From contig NZ_CP114039.1 in the NCBI RefSeq assembly GCF_026965535.1, positions 7,907,461 to 7,971,460 on the forward strand: a stretch of DNA of 64,000 bases, read 5' to 3'. Positions 1 through 10,500 of this stretch are shown piece after piece. Source of the stretch: Corallococcus sp. NCRR. GTDB taxonomy: Bacteria > Myxococcota > Myxococcia > Myxococcales > Myxococcaceae. The translations under genes were made by a program, and so were the position numbers. The notes beneath the pieces were generated by a model, which worked only from the letters and a program-made list of their open reading frames with translations, was not told where the DNA came from and did not search any database. Positions within the stretch are counted from its first letter, which is position 1. Each line of letters begins with the position of its first letter.

Positions 1-392
1 TCCGCGGGAGGCAGATCGAAGTGGGGCACCAGGGCGCGGACGATGCTCGCGGACCCCTGGTGCAAGGAGAGAACAGTGACTCGCCGTGAACCGTTCATCT
101 GAAAACACGAGACACCATCCGGTGTTTCACTGTCAACGATGCGCGACGTGCGATGCGTTTTTCAATGTCTGAGAAATGCCTGCTCGCCGCACTGGATCCA
201 ACCTGCTCCGTCATGACGCGGGCTGATACATGCCCGTGAAACATCCGGGTGGGTCTGGGCCAGCGGGTCGCGCCTGGCGCCCTGCCTGCCCGGTCTGTGC
301 TCACGGGCACAGTGGCAACGGCTGAAGCGCGCATGGCCATGGCTGGAGGGCCTCCCCATCCTGCCCCCGCGACATTCACGGGGGGTTTGGAC

Positions 393-1025
393 ATGCGGAC
401 AGCGAAATTCTGGATGGGGACGCTGCTGGCGGGAGCGCTGGCGCTGGGCTACGGCTGCGGAAGTGAGGCGAACAAGGATCCTGCGCCGCAGGATGTGCCA
501 CAGCAGCAGGTCCCGGACGCGGGCACCGACGCAGGCGTGATGCTGACGCTCACCGACGCGCAGATCGCCCGCGTCCTGCAGGTGGCCAACGAGGGCGAGG
601 TGATGCTGGGCCAATACGCCGCGCCGCTCGCCACCGAGCAGGCGGTGATCGACTTCAACAACCAGATGGTGACGGAGCACACCGCCGTGAAACAACGGCT
701 GGACGGGGTGCTCGCGGCCCAAGGCATCACGCCCGAGGACTCCCCGCTGAGCCTCCAATTGCAGACGGAGGTCCAGCAGCTGATGGAGGTCCTCGGCGGC
801 CCGAACGCGCCGCCCGCGGGCGCCGCGCGCGACCTGGCGCTGATCAGCGCGCAGCTCACCGCGCACGCGCGCGTGGCCTTCCTCGCCGACAGCCTGCTGA
901 CGCCCCAGATCACCAACCCGGCTCTCGCCCAGGAGGCGACCAGCGAGCGGCAGGCCGTGCAGATGCACATCGACGCGGCCACGGCGCTCCAGTCACCCCT
1001 CGTGCTCCCACCCGCCACGCCGTAG
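393..1025 (+). CDS. DUF4142-like secreted/lipoprotein (start taken at MRTAKFW; track ORF opens with GTG at 249)
   Basis: Signal peptide with Cys (LAGALALGYGCGS) after an internal ATG at 393; the rest resembles DUF4142 family proteins (helical repeats QVANEGEV...EHTAV); high GC3 codon bias. Confidence 0.55.
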   Translation: MRTAKFWMGTLLAGALALGYGCGSEANKDPAPQDVPQQQVPDAGTDAGVMLTLTDAQIARVLQVANEGEVMLGQYAAPLATEQAVIDFNNQMVTEHTAVKQRLDGVLAAQGITPEDSPLSLQLQTEVQQLMEVLGGPNAPPAGAARDLALISAQLTAHARVAFLADSLLTPQITNPALAQEATSERQAVQMHIDAATALQSPLVLPPATP

Positions 1026-1173
1026 CGGGAGCGCTTTCCGTCCCTGGATAAAAATACAGCTCGGGCTCTCAGAACCTGAGAGCCCGGGCGCATTCGCACG
1101 ACCTGTGGGGGAGGATTCGACCCAGGTGCTTTCCAATCGTGTCGGCCCGGTTTAGTAGGAATTTGGACCGCCG

Positions 1174-2817
1174 ATGCAAAAGCCAACCGAACCGACCTCC
1201 GCGCAGAGTGAGCCGTTGACGACGGGCCGGGTCCTGCGCTCCACGTATGAGATTGGCACCGTGCTGGGCAAGGGCGGCATGGGCGCGGTGTTCCTCGCGC
1301 GCCACCTGCGCCTGCCGGGCAAGCAGGTCGCCATCAAGGTGCTGCACGGCGCGGAGGCGCTGTCGGAAGAGGTGGCGGTGCGCTTCCGGCGGGAGGCGGA
1401 GATCGCCTCGCGGCTGGGGCACCCGAACATCGTGGAGGTGCTGGACTTCGACACCCTGGAGGACGGCACGCCCTTCATGGTGATGGAGTACCTGCGCGGC
1501 GAGGGCCTGTCGCGCCGGCTGCGCAAGCAGAAGCAGCTGCCGCTGGAGGAGGTCTTCTCCATCACGCGGCAGATGGGCGCGGCGTTGCAGGCGGCGCACC
1601 GCGCGGGCGTGGTGCACCGCGACCTGAAGCCGGGCAACGTGTTCCTCGTGCCCACGGAGGCGGGCGGCGTCGTGGGCGAGCGCGTGAAGCTGCTCGACTT
1701 CGGCATCTCCAAGCTCGTGGACGCGCGCACGGTGATGACGCTGGACTCCGTGCTGATGGGGACGCCGCAGTACATGGCCCCCGAGCAGGCCATGGGCCAC
1801 AACAGCAACGTGGACGCGCGCACGGACCTCTTCGCGTTCGGCTGCATCGTCTACGAGATGCTCGCGGGCCGGCCGCCCTACTCCGGCGAGAACGTCGCGG
1901 AACTCATCTACCAGATCGTCCACCTGGAGCCCCCGCCGCTCTTGACGCTGGCGCCCGGGACGCCGCCGCACGTGGTGACGGCCATCGCCCGCGCGATGGC
2001 GAAGAAGCCGGAGGACCGCCACCCGGACGTGGGCGCGTTCATCCTGGAGCTGACGGGCAGCCCGCTCCAGACGCTCGCGGAGATGAAGCCGGAGCAGCGC
2101 TCGCGCCCCACCCCGTCCACGGCCCCGCAGTCCGTGCCGCGTCCGCTGGACCGTGAGGAGCACATCCCCACGGTGGGCATGCGCCCCCACGCTCCTTCCG
2201 GACCCCAGACGGAGTCCCTGCCCGCGCAGCCGCTGGCCCCTGCCCGCCCGAAGTGGCCGGTGGCCGTGGCCGTGGGGATGGCGGTCATCATCGCGTTCGC
2301 GGTCGCCTTCTTCTGGAAGCGCCCGGGTGTGGCGCCGCCCGCCGCCGTCGTGGTGAATCCGCCGGTCCAGCCTCAAGCCCGGCCCGCGGCGCCCGTCACC
2401 CCGCCGTCCGCCGCTGTCGTGGCGCCGCCGGAGGACGCGAAGAAGCCCGTGGTGGACCCGGAGCCCCAGCAGACGCAGCCGACGGAGCCGGAGGAGCCCC
2501 GGCAGCCCACGGCGGAGCCGACCGCCGTGACGGCCCGGCCGAAGCCGCGCGGGGCCCCCGAGTCCATGCCGGACAGCGTGCGCGAGGACCTGGCGTCGGC
2601 GCAGAAGGCGCTGGACGCGTCCAACACGGCGGAAGCGCTGCGTCACATCCGGCGCAGCCAGCGCACGAAGATCACCGGCCTGTCGTTCTCACTGCTCACC
2701 CGCGTGTACTGCCAGCAGCACGACCTGGCGAACGCGCGGGCGCAATGGACCCGCGTCCCGGCAACGGAACGTCCAAGGGTCCGACAATACTGTTCGCAGT
2801 ACGATATCGACCTGTAG
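1174..2817 (+). CDS. Serine/threonine protein kinase, membrane-anchored, Pro-rich linker, C-terminal TPR-like tail
   Basis: Gly-loop GKGGMGAVF, VAIK, HRDLKPGNVF, DFG, GTPQYMAPE, TM helix WPVAVAVGMAVIIAFAVAFFW; ATG at 1174. Confidence 0.88.
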   Translation: MQKPTEPTSAQSEPLTTGRVLRSTYEIGTVLGKGGMGAVFLARHLRLPGKQVAIKVLHGAEALSEEVAVRFRREAEIASRLGHPNIVEVLDFDTLEDGTPFMVMEYLRGEGLSRRLRKQKQLPLEEVFSITRQMGAALQAAHRAGVVHRDLKPGNVFLVPTEAGGVVGERVKLLDFGISKLVDARTVMTLDSVLMGTPQYMAPEQAMGHNSNVDARTDLFAFGCIVYEMLAGRPPYSGENVAELIYQIVHLEPPPLLTLAPGTPPHVVTAIARAMAKKPEDRHPDVGAFILELTGSPLQTLAEMKPEQRSRPTPSTAPQSVPRPLDREEHIPTVGMRPHAPSGPQTESLPAQPLAPARPKWPVAVAVGMAVIIAFAVAFFWKRPGVAPPAAVVVNPPVQPQARPAAPVTPPSAAVVAPPEDAKKPVVDPEPQQTQPTEPEEPRQPTAEPTAVTARPKPRGAPESMPDSVREDLASAQKALDASNTAEALRHIRRSQRTKITGLSFSLLTRVYCQQHDLANARAQWTRVPATERPRVRQYCSQYDIDL

Positions 2818-2877
2818 GGTCGTCCGGGCGCGCGGAAACTCCAGAGTGGGGGCGCGCCCGCATTCCAAGGAGTCGTC

Positions 2878-3708
2878 GTGAGAGTGCTACTGGCAGTGGG
2901 GGTCGTGGCGCTGTCCCTGGGGTGTACCCGGGGCGTGCGGCCCGACAGCGAGGTGGCGGGGACGAAGCCCGCCACCGGCAAGGTGTATTCCAACGAGGCC
3001 GGAGAGAAGATCACCCTCATCGCGCTGGAGCCCGGTGACGCGAAGAAGGCGCTGGTCGCGTTCGACGGCACGAAGAGCGAGCTGGACGGCCAGGTGCTGG
3101 TCGCCTCCGTGGGCCGGGACAGGCGCGCCACGGAGTACTGGACGCTGTGGCGCGGCCGCAAGCAGCGCTTCGTCTCCGTGGAGGACCGGGGCGGCTACGA
3201 GGACCTCATCTTCAGCGGCGTGAACCACACGGGCTACACGCACCTGAAGCCGGACACGGGCAAGACGGGCTCGCTGAAGGTGGAGAAGGTCTTCGAGCGC
3301 TACCAGGACCTGGAGGGCGACAAGAAGTACCAGGCGATGCTCGCGTTCGACCGCAAGTTCTGGGCGAACCAGGCGGAGACGCAGCTGGCGGAGGCCCTGG
3401 CGGAGACGAACAAGGCGTGCGGCTCCAAGCTGACGTCCACCGTGGCCTGGGACTCCATCACGGACGCGCAGATCAACGAGATCTCCTTCGGCAGCTACTG
3501 CGTGGGCCCGCTGGAGTCGCTCCAGAAGCTGTGCGAGCGCTCCGACGAGGCGAAGCGCACCGTGCAGCAGAAGCTCCAGGCGGTGGAGTGCCGCATGGAC
3601 GCGAAGGCCGCGCTGAAGCTGGAGGCCCAGAAGGTCATCTGGACCGTGACCTCCGGTGAGACGGTCCAGCCGGACGCGACCACCTCCTTCTTCACCGACA
3701 CCCTCTAG
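2878..3708 (+). CDS. Hypothetical lipoprotein
   Basis: GTG start preceded by aaggag RBS (2865-2870); lipobox ALSLGC; high GC3. Confidence 0.6.
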   Translation: MRVLLAVGVVALSLGCTRGVRPDSEVAGTKPATGKVYSNEAGEKITLIALEPGDAKKALVAFDGTKSELDGQVLVASVGRDRRATEYWTLWRGRKQRFVSVEDRGGYEDLIFSGVNHTGYTHLKPDTGKTGSLKVEKVFERYQDLEGDKKYQAMLAFDRKFWANQAETQLAEALAETNKACGSKLTSTVAWDSITDAQINEISFGSYCVGPLESLQKLCERSDEAKRTVQQKLQAVECRMDAKAALKLEAQKVIWTVTSGETVQPDATTSFFTDTL

Positions 3709-3726
3709 AACGAAAGCCCACCGACA

Positions 3727-4542
3727 ATGACGCTTCGACACATGGTCATCGCCCTGGGGCTCGTCCTGGCCCCGCAAGCCGCGCTCGCGCTGGATCCGCC
3801 CTGGAAGAAGGAGGAGAAGCTGCGCGACCGCATGGTGCTGGAGTCCGCGAAGGTCTGCGCGGACGGCAAGGGCCACTACACGGTCCTCCTGCCCCAGACG
3901 CCCGAGCACGACGGCGAGCTGTACTACGGGGACGGCAAGACGTTCACGCAGGTGGCGCCCGTGGGCTACCCCAACGCCACGGAGGGCGGCTTCTTCGAGC
4001 CCCGCTTCTTCAACCCCAAGGCCAACGACAACTTCCGCGGCATGGACTACCGGGTCGTCTCGTATCTGAAGCTCAGCGAGGACCTGAAGACGTGCACGCT
4101 CAGCTGCGGGGAGAAGACCCTGCCGCAGCAGCCGGTGCCGGCGGATCAGGCCAAGGAGCTCCTGCGCAAGGCCGCCTACCAGCCCAGCCCGGTGAAGTTC
4201 CAGCCGTACGCGCTGCTGCGCGACGACAAGGGCGTCTACTACCTGGTGGAGCGCGGCATCGGGGCGGACAACAAGAGCTTCCGCATCTTCACGGGCCAGC
4301 GCGGCCAGGTGAAGCAGCAGAAGATGCTCAACGTCGTCACCGACTCGCAGGGAGAGATCTTCTCCACGCAGGGCGGCGACCTGCGCCTCGTGGTGGACCG
4401 CGAGGAGCCGTCGTTCTGGGTGGTGAAGAGCAAGCGCCAGAAGCTGCGCGCGGTGCCGGTGGGTGAGAACCTGCCCTTCATCTACAACGAGCTGGGCGTC
4501 TACACGGGCGCGCGGCTGGGCACGCCCTGCGACGACGTGTAG
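3727..4542 (+). CDS. Hypothetical secreted protein
   Basis: ATG at 3727, 18 nt after upstream gene; signal peptide MVIALGLVLAPQAALA; coding bias. Confidence 0.6.
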   Translation: MTLRHMVIALGLVLAPQAALALDPPWKKEEKLRDRMVLESAKVCADGKGHYTVLLPQTPEHDGELYYGDGKTFTQVAPVGYPNATEGGFFEPRFFNPKANDNFRGMDYRVVSYLKLSEDLKTCTLSCGEKTLPQQPVPADQAKELLRKAAYQPSPVKFQPYALLRDDKGVYYLVERGIGADNKSFRIFTGQRGQVKQQKMLNVVTDSQGEIFSTQGGDLRLVVDREEPSFWVVKSKRQKLRAVPVGENLPFIYNELGVYTGARLGTPCDDV

Positions 4543-4573
4543 TCCCGTAAGCCCCGGGGAGCCCCGGGCACGG

Positions 4574-7342
4574 TCAGCCGTTGAGCACCTTCACGGCCTT
4601 GACCATGTCCGGGGCCAGCTCCTCGTGTTCCAGGAGCGTGAACCCCAGCTTCTTGCTGACGGCCTGCATGCCGCGGTTGCGCGCGAGGATGTCCGCGACG
4701 ATGCGGCGCAGGCCCCAGTCCTTCCCGATATCCACCAGCCGCCGCAAGAGCTCCGTGCCCAGGCCCAGCCGCTGGGCCGTGTCGCTGACGGTGATGGCGA
4801 ACTCCGCGTCCTTCGTGCCGCGCAGGCGCGTGAGCCGGCCCACCGCGAGAATCTCTCCCCCACCCTTCCCGTCCGGCGACGGCCTCTCCGCGACGAGCGC
4901 CATCTCCCGCGCGTAGTCGTTGAAGCAGATGCGCGCCAGGCGCTCATGGGCCACGCGCTGGCTGAGCTTCATCAGGCCCGCGTAGCGCATGAACACCGTC
5001 TGTTCGGAGAGGGCCTGGTGGAAGCGGCCCATGGCGGGCTCGTCCTCCGGGCGGATGGGACGCACGAGCAACTGCTCGCCGTTCTTCAGCGTGAGCATCT
5101 TCGCGTACTGGTGCGGGTACGGTTCGATGGCGAGCTTCGGCAGCGACGCGGCCTGGACGTCCGGCGGGTGCAGCACCACGCGCGCGTCCAGCGCGATGAT
5201 GCGCTCGCCGGAGGCGAGCAGCGGGTTGATGTCCAGCTCGCGGATGAGGGGCTGCTCCACCACCAGTTGGCTGAAGCGCACCATCAGCCGCTCCAGCGCG
5301 CCCAGGTCCACGGGGGCCCGGCCGCGCACGCCCTTGAGCGCGTGGTGGATGCGCGTGCGCTCCATCATCCGCCGCGCCAGCGTGGTGGTGAGGGGCGGCA
5401 GGCCCAGGGCCCGGTCCTGCATCACCTCCACCAGCGTGCCGCCCGCGCCGAAGAGCAGCACCGGCCCGAACTGCGCGTCCAGGCTGCTGCCCAGGATCAG
5501 CTCGTAGCCGTCCAGCTTCGCCATGGGCTGCACGGTGACGCCGTCGAACGCGTCCTGGAGGCCCCGCTCCGCGAGCGCGTCGCGGATGGCGCGGAAGGCC
5601 TCCCGCACCTGCGCCTCGTCGCGCAGGTCCAACCGCACGCCGCCCACGTCCGTCTTGTGCGTCACCGTGAGCGAGTGCAGCTTGAGCACCACGGGGAAGC
5701 CCAGCGGGAGGGCCTTCTCCACCGCTTCGTCCTCCGACGTGGCGAGCCACGTCTCCACGGTCGGGATGCCGTAGGCGGCCAGCAGGCGCTTGGACTCGTA
5801 CTCCGACAGGAGGGTGCGGCCGGAGGCGCGGGCCTCGTCCACCAGGGCGCGCGCCACGTCGCGGCCTCCGCCGGTGGGCTCCTCCGCCAGCGTGGGCGTC
5901 TCATAGAGCCCGGCGATGTTGTCCGAGTAGCGCCACATGTAGTTGAAGACGCGCGCCGCGGTGTCCGGGTAGCCGAACGTCGGGATGCCCGCGTCGTTGA
6001 GGATGCGCTCGCCGGCGGCGACCTCCGAACCGCCCATCCAGCTGGCGAGCACGGGCTTGCCGGGCAGCTTCGCGTAGCCCTTGAGGCGGTCCGCCGTCTG
6101 GGTGGGCTCCGTCATGTCCTGCGGGGTGAGGATGACGAGCAGGCCGTCGCTGTTGGGGTCCGCGCCGGTGGTCTCCAGGGCCTTCGCGTAGCGCTCCGCG
6201 TCCGCGTCTCCCAGGATGTCCACCGGGTTGGCGTGGCTCCACGGCGGCGGCAGGAAGCCGTCCAGTTGCTTCCGGGTGTCGTCGGACAGCACGGCCAGCT
6301 CTCCGCCGCCGGACACGAGCGCGTCCGTGGCGAGCACCGCGGGGCCGCCCGCGTTGGTGAGCAGCGTGAGCCTGCGGCCGGAGGGCCGGGGCTGGCGGGC
6401 CAGCACCTCCGCCATGTGGAACAGGTCCTCGATGGAGTCCACGCGCAGCACGCCCGCGCGGCGGAAGGCGGCGGAGAGCACCTCGTCGCTGCCGGCGAGC
6501 GTGCCGGTGTGGGACGCGGCGGCCTGCGCGGCCTGCGCGGTGCGGCCGGCCTTGATGACGATGATGGGCTTGGTGAGGGCCACCTCGCGCGCGGCGGACA
6601 GGAAGGCGCGCGCGTCGCCGATGGACTCCATGTACAGCAGGATGGAGCGCGTCATCGGATCATCCGCGAGGAAGTCGATGAGGTCTCCCCAGCCCACGTC
6701 CAGCATGGAGCCCACGGAGACGAAGGCGCTGAAGCCCACGGCCTCGCGCAGGCTCCAGTCGAGGATGGAGGTGAGCAGCGCGCCGGACTGACTGATGAAG
6801 GCCACGTTGCCGGGGCGGGCCATGCCCTTGGCGAAGGTGGCGTTGAAGCCGCTCGTGGGGCGCATCACGCCCAGGCAGTTGGGGCCGATGATGCGCAGGT
6901 TCGCGGCCTGGGCGATGTGCAGCACCTCCTGCTCCAGCTTCGCGCCCTCCGGGCCCGTCTCCTTGAAGCCCGCGGAGATGATGATGACGCCCTTGACGCC
7001 GACCTCCGCGCACTCGCGGATGATGGCCGGCACGGACTTCGCGGGGGTGACGATGACGGCCAGGTCCACGGCTTCCGGCAGCGCGCGCAGGGACGGCCAC
7101 GCCTTGATGCCGAGCACGTTGGGGCGCTGCGGGTTCACCGGGTAGACGGTGCCGCCGAACGGGCTGCTGATGAGGTTCCAGAGGACGGTGCGCCCCACGC
7201 TGCCGGGGCGCTCGCTCGCCCCCACCACCGCGACGCTGCGGGGGGAGAAGATGACCTCCAGCGGTTGGCGGGTCCGCTGGTGGAGCAGGTCGATGGAGGG
7301 GTCCGTCCGGGCCGGGGGCTTGGCGGGGCGTTGCTCGTCCAT
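4574..7342 (-). CDS. Pat-like bifunctional protein: NDP-forming acyl-CoA synthetase domains (CoA-binding, succinyl-CoA-synthetase-like, ATP-grasp) fused to C-terminal GNAT acetyltransferase
   Basis: N-term [14 protein letters not shown] CoA-binding motif, succinyl-CoA ligase-like flavodoxin and ATP-grasp segments, C-term GNAT ([13 protein letters not shown]...[13 protein letters not shown]); ATG at 7342 (MDEQRP); track ORF extends further upstream. Confidence 0.8.
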   Translation of the reverse strand: MDEQRPAKPPARTDPSIDLLHQRTRQPLEVIFSPRSVAVVGASERPGSVGRTVLWNLISSPFGGTVYPVNPQRPNVLGIKAWPSLRALPEAVDLAVIVTPAKSVPAIIRECAEVGVKGVIIISAGFKETGPEGAKLEQEVLHIAQAANLRIIGPNCLGVMRPTSGFNATFAKGMARPGNVAFISQSGALLTSILDWSLREAVGFSAFVSVGSMLDVGWGDLIDFLADDPMTRSILLYMESIGDARAFLSAAREVALTKPIIVIKAGRTAQAAQAAASHTGTLAGSDEVLSAAFRRAGVLRVDSIEDLFHMAEVLARQPRPSGRRLTLLTNAGGPAVLATDALVSGGGELAVLSDDTRKQLDGFLPPPWSHANPVDILGDADAERYAKALETTGADPNSDGLLVILTPQDMTEPTQTADRLKGYAKLPGKPVLASWMGGSEVAAGERILNDAGIPTFGYPDTAARVFNYMWRYSDNIAGLYETPTLAEEPTGGGRDVARALVDEARASGRTLLSEYESKRLLAAYGIPTVETWLATSEDEAVEKALPLGFPVVLKLHSLTVTHKTDVGGVRLDLRDEAQVREAFRAIRDALAERGLQDAFDGVTVQPMAKLDGYELILGSSLDAQFGPVLLFGAGGTLVEVMQDRALGLPPLTTTLARRMMERTRIHHALKGVRGRAPVDLGALERLMVRFSQLVVEQPLIRELDINPLLASGERIIALDARVVLHPPDVQAASLPKLAIEPYPHQYAKMLTLKNGEQLLVRPIRPEDEPAMGRFHQALSEQTVFMRYAGLMKLSQRVAHERLARICFNDYAREMALVAERPSPDGKGGGEILAVGRLTRLRGTKDAEFAITVSDTAQRLGLGTELLRRLVDIGKDWGLRRIVADILARNRGMQAVSKKLGFTLLEHEELAPDMVKAVKVLNG

Positions 7343-7516
7343 GGTGCGCTCTTCTTCCGTGGGGTGACCGTACCGGAGCAATCTCCGGCAGGCCCCCATC
7401 GTGCACCAGTCGTGAGGAAGGGGACGGGGCAGCGGACGTCTCCCCCTCCTGTTCCTGATGCGAGCGAACGGTCGGACGCCCCGCGTGCGGAGCGGAGCGT
7501 CCGTGGCCTCACCCCG

Positions 7517-10500
7517 CTAACGGACGCGACGGCGCCGCAAGCCCCAGCCGAGCACGACGAGCGTCCCGAGCCATGGCGCCCACCCCGAGGCGCCGCCCGC
7601 CGAGCACGCGAAGCCGCCGGGCGCGTTCTCCGCCTCCTCGAGCCCCTGCCCACCGCTCATCCGCCACGACGAGGCCGACACCACGCTGAAGGACGCGGGC
7701 GGGGAGAAGCCGCTGCGGTGCCCTTGAGAGTCCTGCGCCTCCACGCGCCACGTGTACGTGCCGGGAGACAGCGTCCCGGGCAGCGTGAGCGTCGTGCCCG
7801 CGGCGTTGAGGGAGGCGATGACGGCGCCGTCGCGGCTCAGCTCCAGGCGGTAGCTGACCGCATCGCCCTCCGGGTCCAGCGAGGCGTCCCACGTGAAGGT
7901 CACGTCGCCCGAGGGCACGAGCGCGGTGTCGGAAGGCGCGCGGAGCACGGGCACGGCGGGCGCGTGGGGCACCTGCGCGACGACGGTGGCGGTGATCGTG
8001 GCGGGAACGGACGCGGTGGTGCCGTCATGCGCCTGGAAGGTGAAGGTGTCCGGCCCCTCGTAGCCCGCTTGCGGCGTGTAGATGACGTGGGGCGCGGTGC
8101 CGGAGAGCGTGCCGTGCGCGGGGAGCTGGAGCACGCTGTACGTCAGCGTGTCGCCGTCCGCGTCGGTGGCTTCCAGGGTGACGGGCACGCCCTGCCCCAC
8201 CACGGTGGTGAGCGACGCGCTCCGGGCCACGGGGGCCAGGTTCACGGTGCCGAGCGTCACGGTCACGGGCCAGGAGTCGGTGGTCCCGTCATTCACCCGG
8301 TAGGTGAAGGAGTCCGTGCCGGTGTGGCCCGCGTTGGGCGTGTACGTCAGGTCCGGCGCGGTGCCGGACAGCGTGCCGCGCGTGGGCTGGGTGAGGACCC
8401 GGAACGTGAGCGCGTCGCCGTCGTTGTCCCGGCCGGTGAGCGTGAGTTGCACGGGCTTCGCCTTGGAGGTGGTGACGGCGAAGGCAAGCGCCACCGGGAC
8501 GGAGTTGCTCACCCGCAGCGTCACGGTGCCCAGGTTGGAGTCCGCGACGCCGTCGCTCACCCGGAAGGTGAACGTGTCGACGCCGCTGTAGCCGGGCTGG
8601 GGCGTGTAGACGTGGGATGCGCCCGCGCCGGACAGCGTGCCGTGCTGGGGCGCCTGGACGATGGCGTACGTCAGCGAGTCCGAGTCCGCGTCCGCGCCAG
8701 ACAGCGTCACGGCGACAGGCGTGTTCTTCGACACGGACAGGGAGGCGTTGAGCGCGACGGGGGCGGCGTTCTCGTCGGTGACGCGCACCATGCGGCCACC
8801 GGTGACGCCCTGGACGGTGACGAGCAGCAGGTACTGTCCGGCCGCCACGGTGGGCGCGCGCGCGGAGAACTGCTTGCCGTCCTGCCATCCCGTCACGCCC
8901 TTCATCCAGGAGACCGCGCCGCTCTCCACGTTCACCAGGCGGGCCAGGGGGGCCTCGCTTGAGGACGCGTTCGTGTTGCCGCCGCCACCTTCCGAGACGC
9001 CGCGCAGACGGGTGCCCGTGGCGATGAACGGGGCCCCGGGAGACAGGATGCGCGGCGCGTCGAGCGTGGGCCGCGCGGAGGCCACCGCGGTCACGGGGTC
9101 GAGGGACTCCACGGAGGCCAGCACCGTGCTGCTGCGTCCGCCGGTCACGAGGATTTCACCCGAGGAAAGCAGCGTCGCGGTATGGCCCGCGCGAGCCACG
9201 ACCATGGGGGTCAGGTAGTCCCAGGCGGCCGTGGATGCCTCGAAGCGCTCGACGCTGTTGAAGTAGCTCTCCGCTCCGCTGTGGCCACCGGTAATGACGA
9301 CGTCGCCGGAGGGCAGCAGCGTCGCGGTGTGTCCCGCGCGCGGAACACCCAGCCGGGCGAGCCGGGTCCAGGTGTTGAGGCCCGGATCGTACTGCTCCAC
9401 TTCAGGCGTAGCGCCGCCGCCGGTGGTGAGGCCGCCGACGAGCAGCACCTTGCCGGAGAGCAGCACGGTCGCGGTGTGGTCCTCCCGGGCGGTGTTCATC
9501 GTGAGCACGGCGCTCCACGTGTCCGTGGCGGGATCGTAGACCTGCGCGGTGTTGAGCGGCGCGGTGCCGTTGGTGCCGCCCGCGACCAGCACCTTGCCGT
9601 TGGGCAGCAGCGTGGCGGAGTGCGAAGCGCGTGGCGAGGCCATGCGGCTCGCGGCGGTCCACAAGCCACTGCGCGGGTCATACAGCTCCACGGTGTCGTG
9701 GACGCCGTAGTAGCTCGCGCCGCCCGTCACCAGCACCTTGCCGGAAGGCAGCAACGTCGCGGTGTGCCGCGCGCGCTCCACGGACATCCGGCCCGCGGGC
9801 AGCCACTGGCTGGAGGCCGCGTCATACAGCTCCGCTTCGGAGACGGGCGCGAAGCCATCCGAACCTCCGGTGACGAGCACGCGGCCCGAGGGCAGCAGGG
9901 TCGCGGTGTGCTGGGTGCGCGGGCTGAGCATCCACGCGGCCCCGCCCCACTGCTTCCTGTCGCGGTCGTAGAGGTCCGAGGAGGCGAGCGCACCCGTCGA
10001 ATCCCGTCCTCCGGTGATCAGCAGCTGACCGGAAGGAAGCGGCGTCACGGTGTGATCCACGCGGGGCGTGACGCCTGGAGCCTCGGAGACCCAACGCCCC
10101 GAAGACTCCAGCAGCTCAGGGTGATTCATGTAGTTGGTGTCATTGCTGTTGGTCGTGAAGAAGTAGCCGCCCGCCACCAACAACCGGCCTGACGGCAGCA
10201 GGGTCGCGGTGTGGTTGCCTCGCGCGGTCTGGAGCAGCCCCCCGCGCTGCCAGGTGCCCGTCACGGGGTTGTAGAGCTCCGTGGCGTTCGTTCCGAGTGC
10301 CCAGCCGGCGGTCTGGCTGTCGACGCCACCCACGATGAGCACCCGGCCATCCGGCATCGCCGTGGCCGTGTGCCACTTGTGCGCGGCGGGCATGGCCGCC
10401 GTGGCCGTCCAACGCCCCGTGGCAGGGTCATACGTCTCGCAGGCGGCGATCATCTGGAAGTAGGAGTCCGTAGCCGTTCCTCCCGCGACCAGCACCCGCC

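Noticed and set aside
1-102. Possible 3' end of a plus-strand gene (frame ending TGA at 85-87) or start of a minus-strand gene (GTG at 29) at the window edge
   Set aside because: Too short to evaluate. It has high GC3 bias but no motif support and is not in the ORF track.
1069-2646. 525-aa and 231-aa minus-strand ORFs overlapping the Ser/Thr kinase gene
   Set aside because: Antisense artefacts. They are Arg-rich repeats (RRRR, LRLRRL) and the kinase on the plus strand has all catalytic motifs.
4549-4570. GC-rich palindrome gccccggggagccccgggc between the convergent genes at 4542 and 4574
   Set aside because: The stem would close a 2-nt loop and there is no T-tract, so it is not convincing as an intrinsic terminator; it may be a weak hairpin only.
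4463-8962. 1499-aa ORF on the plus strand
   Set aside because: It is entirely antisense to the Pat-like acetyltransferase and the Kelch protein. It is Arg/Gly/Ala/His-rich low complexity with no motifs, the typical open antisense frame of a high-GC genome.
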